Of a stretch of 64,000 nucleotides of DNA, positions 53,283 to 62,028 are shown piece by piece. Within the stretch, counting starts at the first letter, position 1; each line of letters starts with the position of its first letter. The notes under the pieces were generated by a model. It was not told where the DNA came from, did no database searches, and saw only the letters and a program-made list of their open reading frames with translations. The position numbers and the translations under genes are program-made. The stretch is from an uncultured Gemmatimonadales bacterium. GTDB taxonomy: Bacteria > Gemmatimonadota > Gemmatimonadetes > Gemmatimonadales > GWC2-71-9. Location: positions 704,001-768,000 of the forward strand of contig CAVYSW010000010.1 of assembly GCA_963771275.1 (NCBI GenBank), in the 5' to 3' direction.

Positions 53283-55073
53283 TCAGACGGTGTAGTGCCC
53301 GGCCTCCACGAGGCGGATGGCGATCGCGGCGTGCAGCGCCGCCCGGTCCACGGGGTCGTGCTTGGTGAGCCGGCGCAGACCGGCCATCATGGTCCGCAGC
53401 TCGTCCCCTGAGGCGCTCTGGGCCAGCGCGTTCCGCCCCAGGATCGCCACGTGATCCATGGCATCGTGAACGTAGAGCGTGAGCATGTCGGCCATGAGAC
53501 GGGCACCGTCCTCGCCGTCCCTGGCGGCCTTCTTGCGCGCGCGCAGCAGGCCGCTCTCGCACGCGTAGGTTTCCATGACCATGTCCGCGATATCGGCCAG
53601 GACCTCCTGGTGATCCTTGAGGTCCTCCCCGAACTTCTGGGCCGCGAATCCGAGCGCGGCGAGACAGGACTTCTTCATCGCCTTGACGAGCTTCGCTTCG
53701 GCCTCGAGAAAGCCCGGCTCACCCGCCTCGCCGAACTCCGGCGGCCCCAGCAGCTCCTCGGCCACCTGCTTCGCTGCGGCGAAGAACGGCAGCTCCTTCT
53801 TGAGCGCCTTCCGCAGGATCATCCCGGGCACCAGCATCCGGTTGATCTCGTTCGTCCCCTCGAAGATCCGGTTGATCCGCTCGTCCCGGTACACTTCCTC
53901 GAGGAAGTACTCCTCGCAGAAGCCGTAGCCGCCGAGCATCTGCAGGCCCTCATCGGCCGCGAGCGCCAACGACTCGCTCGCGAAGACCTTGATCATCGAG
54001 CACTCGATGGTGAACTCCTCGACCTTGTGGATCGTCTGGCGGTCGTAGTCCGCGGCCGTCGCGTCCAGGGTCTCGATCGCCCGGTCCATCAGCCCCGCCG
54101 TGCGGTAGACCATCGACTCCGCCACGAACGTGCGGGCCGCGATGTCGCCGATCTTGGCGCGGATCAGGCCGAAGTCGCTCAACGGGTGCCCGAACTGCCG
54201 CCGCTGGCTCACGTACGGGATCGCGTGCTCGAGCACGATCTTGCAGCCGCCGACGGTACCGGCGCCGAGCTTGAAGCGACCGACGTTCAAGATATTGAAG
54301 GCCACGACGTGCCCGCGCCCGATCTCGCCGAGCAGGTTGCCGACGGGAACCTTCGCGTCCTCGAGGATCAGCGCGCACGTCGAGGAGCCCTTGAGCCCCA
54401 TCTTCCGCTCTTCGGGACCGACCGTGAGGCCGGGGGTGTCCCGGTCCACGATGAACGCGGTGAACTTGTCGCCGTCGATCTTGGCAAAGACGATGAAGAC
54501 GTCGGCTGACGCGGCGTTGGTGATGTACTGCTTCGTGCCGGTCAGCAGGTAGTGCTGCTTGTCGTCCGTCAGGACCGCCGTCATCCGCGCCGACAGCGCG
54601 TCGGACCCCGCCTCCGGCTCGGTGAGTGCGTACGCCGAGACCAGCTCGCCCGTCGCGAGCTTCGGGAGGTAGCGCTCCTGCTGCTCCCTGGTGCCGAAGT
54701 AGACGATGGGCAGCGTCCCGATGCCCGTCTGCGCCCCGTGCCAGGCCACGAAGCTCCCCGACCGCGCCATGTGCTCGGCCACCAGCATGACCGTGGCCTT
54801 GTCCGAGCCCATGCCGCCGAACGCTTCCGGCACGTCCACGGACAGGAGTCCCGCCTCGCCCGCCTGCAGCAGCAACGGCTTCCCCAGCTCCACCTTCTTG
54901 TGGAACTCCAGCTCCTCGCGGTGCGGCAGCACGCTCCGCTCGATGAACTCGCGCGTCGTGTCACCGATCATCCGCTGCTCTTCGGTGAAGTCTTCCGGCG
55001 TGAAGATATCCGCGGGGGCGGCCTCCTCCAGGAGGAACTGGCCGCCGGTGAAATACGTCGTCTCGGTCAACAT
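53283..55073 (-). CDS. fadE: Acyl-CoA dehydrogenase (FadE-type)
   Basis: AYALTEPEAGSDA, GTKQYITNA, LNVGRFKLG, RINRIFEGTNEINR. Confidence 0.93.
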   Translation of the reverse strand: MLTETTYFTGGQFLLEEAAPADIFTPEDFTEEQRMIGDTTREFIERSVLPHREELEFHKKVELGKPLLLQAGEAGLLSVDVPEAFGGMGSDKATVMLVAEHMARSGSFVAWHGAQTGIGTLPIVYFGTREQQERYLPKLATGELVSAYALTEPEAGSDALSARMTAVLTDDKQHYLLTGTKQYITNAASADVFIVFAKIDGDKFTAFIVDRDTPGLTVGPEERKMGLKGSSTCALILEDAKVPVGNLLGEIGRGHVVAFNILNVGRFKLGAGTVGGCKIVLEHAIPYVSQRRQFGHPLSDFGLIRAKIGDIAARTFVAESMVYRTAGLMDRAIETLDATAADYDRQTIHKVEEFTIECSMIKVFASESLALAADEGLQMLGGYGFCEEYFLEEVYRDERINRIFEGTNEINRMLVPGMILRKALKKELPFFAAAKQVAEELLGPPEFGEAGEPGFLEAEAKLVKAMKKSCLAALGFAAQKFGEDLKDHQEVLADIADMVMETYACESGLLRARKKAARDGEDGARLMADMLTLYVHDAMDHVAILGRNALAQSASGDELRTMMAGLRRLTKHDPVDRAALHAAIAIRLVEAGHYTV

Positions 55074-55096
55074 GGCGTCTTCCTCCAGTCTCCTAT

Positions 55097-56281
55097 TTAG
55101 GCCGCCTCGAAGATCCCCGCGGCACCCATGCCGGTGCCGATGCACATCGTGACCATGGCGTACCGCCCCTTGCGGCGCCGCAAATCGTGCAGCGCCGTCG
55201 CCGTGAGCTTGGCGCCGGTGCAGCCCAGCGGGTGCCCCAGCGCGATGGCTCCGCCGTTGGCGTTGAGGCGGGGGTCCTCCGGATCGAGCTTCAGGCCCTG
55301 GAGGACGGCCAGGCTCTGGGCGGCGAACGCCTCGTTCAGCTCGATCACGTTCATGTCGTCCAGCTTGAGGCCGAGTCGCTGCAGCACCTTCGGCACTGCC
55401 GCCACGGGGCCGATCCCCATGATCTCCGGCGGCACGCCCGCCACCGCGTAGCCCACCCAGCGGGCCAGCGGCGCGAGCTTGAGCTCGGCGGCGATCTGCG
55501 GCGTGGTCAACAGCACCGCCGCGGCACCGTCGGTCATCTGGCTCGAGTTGCCGGCGGTGACCGTGCCGCGATCCATGAACGCCGGCTTGAGCTTCGCCAG
55601 CGCCTCGAGAGTCGTGTCGGCGCGCGGCCCTTCGTCACGATCGAGCGTCACGTCCCGCGTGACCGGCTTGCCGGTGGGCCCCGGCTCGCACACGGCGGTC
55701 TGCACCGGTACGAGCTCCGCATCGAACCGGCCCGCCTGCTGGGCCGCCACGGCCTTCATGTGGCTGCGATAGGCGAACGCGTCCTGGGCCTCGCGGGTGA
55801 TCTTGTCCCGCTCAGCCAGCCGCTCGGCGGTGAGCCCCATGCCGAGGTAGGTCCCCGGCGATGCCGCCACCATCGTGGGGTTGGGCAGATACCGCATGCC
55901 GCCCATCGGCACGAGCGTCATCGACTCCACACCACCCGCGATCGCCACGTCGATCTGGCCCAACGCGATCTCGGCCGCCGCCACGTTGATGCTCTCCAGC
56001 CCCGACGAGCAGAACCGGTTCACCGTCATCCCCGGAACGCTGTCGGGCAGTCCGGCAAGCAGCACCAGGTTGCGGCCCACGTTCATGCCCTGCTCGCCCT
56101 CGGGCATGGCGCAGCCGATCACGACGTCGCCGACGCGGGCCGGATCGAGGTTCGGGGCCCGGGCCAGCAGCGCGCGGATCACCGCCGCGCCGAGATCATC
56201 GGGGCGCGTCTGCCGGAAGGTCCCCTTCTTCGCCCGGCCGCCCGGGGTCCGGAGCGCCAGCGCCACCACCACGTCTCTCAT
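55097..56281 (-). CDS. fadA: Acetyl-CoA C-acyltransferase (thiolase)
   Basis: [30 protein letters not shown]. Confidence 0.95.
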   Translation of the reverse strand: MRDVVVALALRTPGGRAKKGTFRQTRPDDLGAAVIRALLARAPNLDPARVGDVVIGCAMPEGEQGMNVGRNLVLLAGLPDSVPGMTVNRFCSSGLESINVAAAEIALGQIDVAIAGGVESMTLVPMGGMRYLPNPTMVAASPGTYLGMGLTAERLAERDKITREAQDAFAYRSHMKAVAAQQAGRFDAELVPVQTAVCEPGPTGKPVTRDVTLDRDEGPRADTTLEALAKLKPAFMDRGTVTAGNSSQMTDGAAAVLLTTPQIAAELKLAPLARWVGYAVAGVPPEIMGIGPVAAVPKVLQRLGLKLDDMNVIELNEAFAAQSLAVLQGLKLDPEDPRLNANGGAIALGHPLGCTGAKLTATALHDLRRRKGRYAMVTMCIGTGMGAAGIFEAA

Positions 56282-56300
56282 GGCCGTCTCCTTCCGTCCG

Positions 56301-58703
56301 TCAGTTGCGCAGGGGTTTGCCGGTCTTGAGGATCGCCTGCATCCGATCGAGACTCTTCCGCTCCCCGCACAACCTGAGGAAGCTCTCACGCTCCAGGTCC
56401 AGCAGGTGCTGCTCCGACACCGTTGTGGGGCCCGGCACGTTGCCGCCGCTCAGAATCCGCGCCAGCTCCCGCCCGATCTTCCGGTCGTGCGCCGAGATGT
56501 AGCGGCCCTCCTCCATGTTGAAGAGCACGGACTCGACGAGTGCCACACCCGCATTGCCCATCACGGGGATGTTCGCGAGCGGGCGCACCGGCTCGAACCC
56601 CGCGCGGGCCATCGCCAGCGCGCGATCCTTGGCGTCGGCGATCCGGTGATCGCCGTTCATCGACCAGGTGTCCTGCGCCCGCAGGAACCCCACGTCGCGC
56701 GCCTCGTCGGCCGACGTCGCCACCTTGGCCATGCCGATCGTCTCGAACGTCTTGCGCAGCGCCGGATACACGTCGGTCGGATCGGGCAGCGCAGCCACGT
56801 TGCGCTTGTAGAGACGCATGCAGCCGCCACCGGCGGGCACCACCCCGGCACCGACTTCCACCAGACCGATGTAGGTCTCGGCGGCGGCGCGGATGGCGTG
56901 GCCCGCCATGGTCACCTCGCAGCCCCCGCCCAGCGTCAGGCCGTGCGGCGCCGTCACCACCGGAACGCCGCACTGCGCGAGCCGATTCGTGGCGGCCTGG
57001 AACTGACGGACGATCGCGTCGATCTCGTCCCAGTTCCCCTCCTGCGCCTCCATCAGCAGGAGCATGAGGTTGGCGCCGGCGCTGAAGTTCTCCCCCTGGT
57101 TCGCCACGACCAGTGCCTGCCCCTGGGTTTCGGCCTCCTTGCAGGCCGTCATGATCATGGAAATGGTGTCCTGGCCGATGACGTTCATCTTCGAATGGAA
57201 CTCGAGGCAGAAGACGCCATCCCCCAGATCCAGCAGGCTCGCGCCGGGGTTGTGCCGGATTTCCTTGCCGGCGTGCCGTAGGATCGCGAAGTCGTGCACC
57301 CGCGGATCAACGGGCACCGGAACCAGGATGCCGGGCTGGGCGGTGGGGGCGCGGAGCGCGCCGTCGTCCCGACGGTACAGCGACTCCCCGCCCGCGCAGT
57401 ACAGCGCGGTAATCCACTCCGGCAGCGCGTAGTGCTCGGCCTGGAGGCGCTCGGTGACGGTTCGGAACCCCAGGGCGTCCCAGATCTCGAACGGGCCCAT
57501 GGTCCAGTTGAAGCCCCAACGCACCGCGCGATCGACCGCCGAGACGTCGTCGCAGATCTCCCCGATGCGCAGCGCGGCGTACGACAGGGAGGGAGCGAGC
57601 ATCTTCCAGGCGGCCGCCGCCGCGCGGCCCTTGCCGAACAGCAGCTTCTTGAGCCGCTCGGTGAGGTCCTCGATCGGCTTGAGCGCCTCGAGCTCGGGGA
57701 ACGATGCCTTCTTCCCCTCGCGGTACTCGAGCGTCGCGAGGTCGAGCGTCAGCACGCTTCCGCCGTCCGCGCCCTTGACCTTCTTGTAGAAGCCGGCGCC
57801 GCTCTTCCGGCCGAGCAGCCCCTTCTGCACCATCTTCTGGAGGAACTCGGGGGAGACGAACATCGCGCGGCTTTCGTCGTCCGGCGCGTTCTCGTACACG
57901 TTGTTCGCCACGTGAATGAACGTGTCCAGGCCCACCAGGTCCGCGAGGCGGAAGGTGGCGGTCTTCGGCCGGCCGAGGGCCGGCCCGGTCAGGGCGTCCA
58001 CTTCCTCGACCGTCAGCCCCATCTCCTGCATGACCTTGAGCGTCACCATCACCGCATGCACGCCAACCCGGTTGGCGATGAAGTTCGGCGTGTCCTTCGC
58101 GGGGACGATGCCCTTCCCCAGCCGCGTGCGTGCGAACTCCGTGACGGCGGCCAGCACCTCGGGCGACGTCGTCGCCGCCGGGATCACCTCGAGCAGCTTC
58201 ATGTAGCGCGGTGGATTGAAGAAGTGCGTACCGAGGAACCGCGGCGTCAGCGCGTCGGGCAGGACGGCCGCCATGGCGGCGAGGGACAGGCCCGACGTGT
58301 TGCTCGACAGGATCGCGTCGGGGCCGACGTGCGGCGCCGCGGCGGCAAGCACCTTCTGCTTGATGGCGAGGTCCTCCTTGACCACCTCCACGACCCAGTC
58401 CGCGTCCTTGATGCGCGGCAGGTCGTCCTCGAGGTTGCCCACCTCGATCAGGCCCAGGCGCCCCGCCGAGAAGAGCGGGGACGGCTTGGCCTTGAGCAGG
58501 GCGTTCACCGAATCGGCCGCGATCCGGTTGCGGACGGCCTTGTCCTTCGCGGTGAGCCCGGCCGCCTGTTCGGCGTCGGTGACGTCCTTGGGAACGATGT
58601 CGAGCACCAGCGAGGGAACGCCGGCGTTGGCGAAGTGCGCGGCGATAGCGCTGCCCATCACGCCGGACCCGAGCACGGCGACCTTGCGTACGTGCCGCTT
58701 CAT
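56301..58703 (-). CDS. fadN: 3-hydroxyacyl-CoA dehydrogenase / enoyl-CoA hydratase (FadN-type)
   Basis: GSGVMG, SNTSG, HFFNPPRY, NFIANR, then crotonase LGGGCE / GLVEVGAG, GKPLRN. Confidence 0.93.
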   Translation of the reverse strand: MKRHVRKVAVLGSGVMGSAIAAHFANAGVPSLVLDIVPKDVTDAEQAAGLTAKDKAVRNRIAADSVNALLKAKPSPLFSAGRLGLIEVGNLEDDLPRIKDADWVVEVVKEDLAIKQKVLAAAAPHVGPDAILSSNTSGLSLAAMAAVLPDALTPRFLGTHFFNPPRYMKLLEVIPAATTSPEVLAAVTEFARTRLGKGIVPAKDTPNFIANRVGVHAVMVTLKVMQEMGLTVEEVDALTGPALGRPKTATFRLADLVGLDTFIHVANNVYENAPDDESRAMFVSPEFLQKMVQKGLLGRKSGAGFYKKVKGADGGSVLTLDLATLEYREGKKASFPELEALKPIEDLTERLKKLLFGKGRAAAAAWKMLAPSLSYAALRIGEICDDVSAVDRAVRWGFNWTMGPFEIWDALGFRTVTERLQAEHYALPEWITALYCAGGESLYRRDDGALRAPTAQPGILVPVPVDPRVHDFAILRHAGKEIRHNPGASLLDLGDGVFCLEFHSKMNVIGQDTISMIMTACKEAETQGQALVVANQGENFSAGANLMLLLMEAQEGNWDEIDAIVRQFQAATNRLAQCGVPVVTAPHGLTLGGGCEVTMAGHAIRAAAETYIGLVEVGAGVVPAGGGCMRLYKRNVAALPDPTDVYPALRKTFETIGMAKVATSADEARDVGFLRAQDTWSMNGDHRIADAKDRALAMARAGFEPVRPLANIPVMGNAGVALVESVLFNMEEGRYISAHDRKIGRELARILSGGNVPGPTTVSEQHLLDLERESFLRLCGERKSLDRMQAILKTGKPLRN

Positions 58704-58723
58704 GAGGGACCTCCGGCAAGAAA

Positions 58724-58741
58724 ACTGAATGACTGTTCAGT
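58724..58741. promoter_or_regulatory. Palindromic TetR/FadR operator 1
   Basis: ACTGAA-TGACTG-TTCAGT immediately downstream of the fadN -10 box. Confidence 0.75.
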
Positions 58742-58770
58742 AGACTATGCGCCGCGGATCGCGCTGTCAA
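58742..58770 (-). promoter_or_regulatory. sigma70 promoter of the fadN-fadA-fadE operon
   Basis: TTGACA-N17-TAGTCT on the minus strand. Confidence 0.75.
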
Positions 58771-58877
58771 CCACGGCGACACGGTGGCCTGGCGCGGTTG
58801 TGCGCGCCTCTGAATGTGCCATATTGTGCGCAGCAGTGGGGGCGGCAGGCCCCGAGGCCGGCCATGCTCGGGACGCC

Positions 58878-58895
58878 AGTGAGTCAGCATTCAGT
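58878..58895. promoter_or_regulatory. Degenerate TetR/FadR operator 2
   Basis: Reverse complement ACTGAATGCTGACTCACT shares ACTGAATG with operator 1. Confidence 0.55.
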
Positions 58896-58925
58896 GCGAA
58901 GGGTCGCATGCGGCGCGGAGCGGCG

Positions 58926-59519
58926 GTGACCATCCATCGCAAGGAAGCCAAGCGGCAGCGGATTCTCGACGCGGCCGTCGTCGAGATCGCGCGCCGTGGA
59001 TACTACGGCACGACGGTGTCCACCATCGCCCGGCGCGCCGGCGTCGCGGACGGGACGATCTACCTCTACTTCAAGAACAAGGAGGAGATCCTCTTCTCCA
59101 TCTTCGACCGCGCGATGCAGCGGTTCATCGACGAAGCCCGGCGGATCGTGGATGCCGCCGCCGGCGACCCCGAACAGAAGCTGCGCCGCGTGATCGACCT
59201 GCATCTCGGCCTCCTGGGGGAGCACCGCGATCTCGCCGTGATCTTCCAGGTCGAGTTCCGCCACACGCTGCACGTGCTGGAGCTGCTGTCGCGGAGCGGC
59301 ATCCGCGACTACCTCGCCCTGATCGCGCGGATCGTCGAGCAGGGAAAGCGGGACGGTCTGTTCCGGAACGACGTGGACGCCCTGTTTGCCGCCAAGGTCC
59401 TGTTCGGCATCCTCGACGAAATGGCCACCGACTGGGTGCTGTCGAAGAAGAACACGCGCATGGCGTCCCGGGCACAGCCCGTCAGCGAGTTGCTGCTGCG
59501 CGGCCTGCGAGCCCCCTGA
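58926..59519 (+). CDS. fadR: TetR family regulator (FadR/YsiA-like)
   Basis: RILDAA..IARRAGVADGTIYLYFKNKEEIL; GGAG RBS before GTG; divergent from the fad operon. Confidence 0.9.
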   Translation: MTIHRKEAKRQRILDAAVVEIARRGYYGTTVSTIARRAGVADGTIYLYFKNKEEILFSIFDRAMQRFIDEARRIVDAAAGDPEQKLRRVIDLHLGLLGEHRDLAVIFQVEFRHTLHVLELLSRSGIRDYLALIARIVEQGKRDGLFRNDVDALFAAKVLFGILDEMATDWVLSKKNTRMASRAQPVSELLLRGLRAP

Positions 59520-59737
59520 GGCGGTCGCTCCGGACGCGCCGATCGCGCGACAGCAAACCCGCCTCGATCAATCGGAAATGCGCCCGGCACGCCGTTGAGG
59601 ACTCCGGGACGGTGCGGTAGCTTGGTCGGCAGAGAGGTGGGCGTTCGGCAGGTCGGGATACCCGGCGACATGCTCGAGGTGCTACGGGTGTTCGTCGCGA
59701 TGGATGGTGGGTACCGCGCGGCGCCGGCTGCGACAGG

Positions 59738-61438
59738 ATGACCGCTGCTGGGAAGGCCCGTCCGGCAGGCGCCATCGAGAGCCGCCATTATCGGGAATTG
59801 TTCCGCCACACCCTCACTCGCCAGATCCTGCTGTACTTCATGCCGCTGCTCCTGTTGGCGGTGTTCTTTCACATCCAGTACCAACGGCTGGTGCGGGACA
59901 GTGCGCGCGCCCACCTCGCGGTGATCGCCGAGAGCCAGGCGACCACCTTCGATCTGTTTCTCCGTGAGCGCCTGGTGAATCTCGCGAACATCATCGACGA
60001 TCCCCTGTTCCCGCCCCACGCCCGCGACGAGACCTACCTGGCCGCTCGCCTCGCCGCCCTCCGCCAGACCAACGACGCGTTCGCCGATCTCGGCGTGGTG
60101 AGCGCCACGGGAGCGCTCGAGACGTACGTCGGACCGGTCGCCTTTCCCGCAGGGGTCAACTACCACGACGAGCGCTGGTTCCACGAGCTCCTTGCAGGCA
60201 AGGAGCGGTCGATCATCACAGAGATCTATCTCGGCTTCCGCGGACGGCCCCATTTCACGATCGCCGTGAAGCGGGAGCGCAACGGCTCCGTGCAGGTGCT
60301 GCGCTCGACCCTGTCCCCGGAGCGGCTCGCCGAGTACCTGACCACGCTCGAGGGCGCCAACGAGGTCCGGGCGGCCGTGGTGAGCGCCACGGGGGTACTC
60401 CAGGTAGCCGCGCCCCTCACCGGGAGCCCGCTGCAGGGCTCGCTGTTCACGCCGCCCCGGGAGCCCGTGCGCGGCTTCGTCGGGCGCAACCGCGCGACCG
60501 GCGCCCCCGACTACGCCTACGCCTGGCTGCGCGAGACGCCGTGGGCGCTGGTGCTGACGGACGCCGGCGCGCACGCCGACGCGCGCACCGCCGCCCTCCC
60601 GGGCGGCATCTTCACGATCACGGTCGCGTTCTTCACGCTCATGGGGATCGTCATCCTCCTGCGGGCACGCCAGCTCGTGGGCAAGCAGCTCGCCGTCGAG
60701 CGTCATGAGGCCGAGCTCTCCGGCCAGCTGGTGCAGGCGGCCAAGCTCGCCTCCGTGGGCGAGCTGGCGGCCGGGATCGCGCACGAGATCAACAACCCGC
60801 TGGCGATCATCGCGGAAGAAGTCGGGGTGCTGAAGGACGCGCTCGACCCGGCCCTCGCCGGCGCCGACGATCCCCCGGTCGACACCCCGGAACGGCTCCA
60901 GGCCATCCACGAGGCCGTGTTCCGCTGTCGCGATATCACCCGCAAGCTCCTGGGCTTCGTCCGACAGACCGAAGTCAAGCTGGAGCCTTGCGACCTCCAC
61001 GCCATCCTGGACGACGTGCTGGACGGCATGCTGGGCAACGAGCTGGCGATCACGGGCATCACGGTCGTGCGCGCGTACGACCCGGGCGTGACGGCGATCC
61101 TGACCGACCGGAACCAGCTGGTCCAGGTCTTGGTGAACCTCGTGAAGAACGCGGCGGACGCGATGCAGCCACGCGGCGGAACGCTCACCGTGACGACGCT
61201 GCATCACGCTGATCGCGTCGCGATCGCGATCACCGATACCGGCTGCGGCATCGCGCCCGACCAGCTCGAGCAGATCTTCATGCCGTTCTACACCACCAAG
61301 GAGCCCGGGCGCGGGACTGGGCTCGGGCTCAGCGTCAGCTACACGATCATCAAGAGCTTCGGGGGGACGGTGCGGGTGGACAGCGCCCCCGGACGCGGCA
61401 GCACGTTCACCGTCGAGCTGCCGTACCACGCCACCTGA
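59738..61438 (+). CDS. Membrane sensor histidine kinase (two TMs flanking a Cache-like periplasmic domain)
   Basis: LAAGIAHEINNPL, VNLVKNAADA, DTGCGI, FYTTK, GTGLGL. Confidence 0.95.
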   Translation: MTAAGKARPAGAIESRHYRELFRHTLTRQILLYFMPLLLLAVFFHIQYQRLVRDSARAHLAVIAESQATTFDLFLRERLVNLANIIDDPLFPPHARDETYLAARLAALRQTNDAFADLGVVSATGALETYVGPVAFPAGVNYHDERWFHELLAGKERSIITEIYLGFRGRPHFTIAVKRERNGSVQVLRSTLSPERLAEYLTTLEGANEVRAAVVSATGVLQVAAPLTGSPLQGSLFTPPREPVRGFVGRNRATGAPDYAYAWLRETPWALVLTDAGAHADARTAALPGGIFTITVAFFTLMGIVILLRARQLVGKQLAVERHEAELSGQLVQAAKLASVGELAAGIAHEINNPLAIIAEEVGVLKDALDPALAGADDPPVDTPERLQAIHEAVFRCRDITRKLLGFVRQTEVKLEPCDLHAILDDVLDGMLGNELAITGITVVRAYDPGVTAILTDRNQLVQVLVNLVKNAADAMQPRGGTLTVTTLHHADRVAIAITDTGCGIAPDQLEQIFMPFYTTKEPGRGTGLGLSVSYTIIKSFGGTVRVDSAPGRGSTFTVELPYHAT

Positions 61439-61464
61439 GCACGGGTGGATCGGAGACCCGGACC

Positions 61465-62025
61465 GTGGCCAAGCGAGTGAAGGACCTCACGCTGTCGCTG
61501 TCGGAATACGCGGTCGTCGACGAGGACGCCACGATTCTCGACGCCCTCCGCGCGCTCGACAAGTCGCAAGCCGCGCTTCCCCCGGGTCGACAGCCCCACC
61601 GCGCCGTGCTGGTGCGGGACCGGCACGGCACGATCGTCGGCAAGCTGCACCACTTCGCGTTCCTCCGTGCGCTGATCGCCGAGCGCAAGACCTGGCTCGA
61701 AGGAGGCATACTCGACCGCGCCGGGGTGGGCGACGACCTGCTGCAGGCCTCGCTCCAGACCCTCGGTCTGCTCACGGGCGATCTGGTGGACGTGTGCGTC
61801 CGGGCCCGCAACGTCGCGGTGCGTGATGTCTACACGGCGGCGACGGCCCGCATCGACGAGGAGGCGTCGCTCGCGGACGCCGCCGCAGCGTTCCTGGAGC
61901 ACCAGACGCTGTCCCTGCTGGTGGGGCGCGGGGGCCAGACGGTGGGCATACTGCGGCTCAGTGATCTTTTCGACGAGCTCGCCCGGCAGATCACGCAGGG
62001 CGCCGGCACCGGGCAGAGGACATAG
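61465..62025 (+). CDS. CBS domain protein
   Basis: YAVVDEDATILDAL...VLVRD..G.IVGKL and IDEEASLADAA...LLV..GQTVGILRLSDLF. Confidence 0.8.
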   Translation: MAKRVKDLTLSLSEYAVVDEDATILDALRALDKSQAALPPGRQPHRAVLVRDRHGTIVGKLHHFAFLRALIAERKTWLEGGILDRAGVGDDLLQASLQTLGLLTGDLVDVCVRARNVAVRDVYTAATARIDEEASLADAAAAFLEHQTLSLLVGRGGQTVGILRLSDLFDELARQITQGAGTGQRT

Positions 62026-62028
62026 ACG

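Noticed and set aside
59520..59737. 218-bp intergenic region as a riboswitch or sRNA
   Set aside because: No recognisable motif or strong stem by eye; an Rfam scan would be needed
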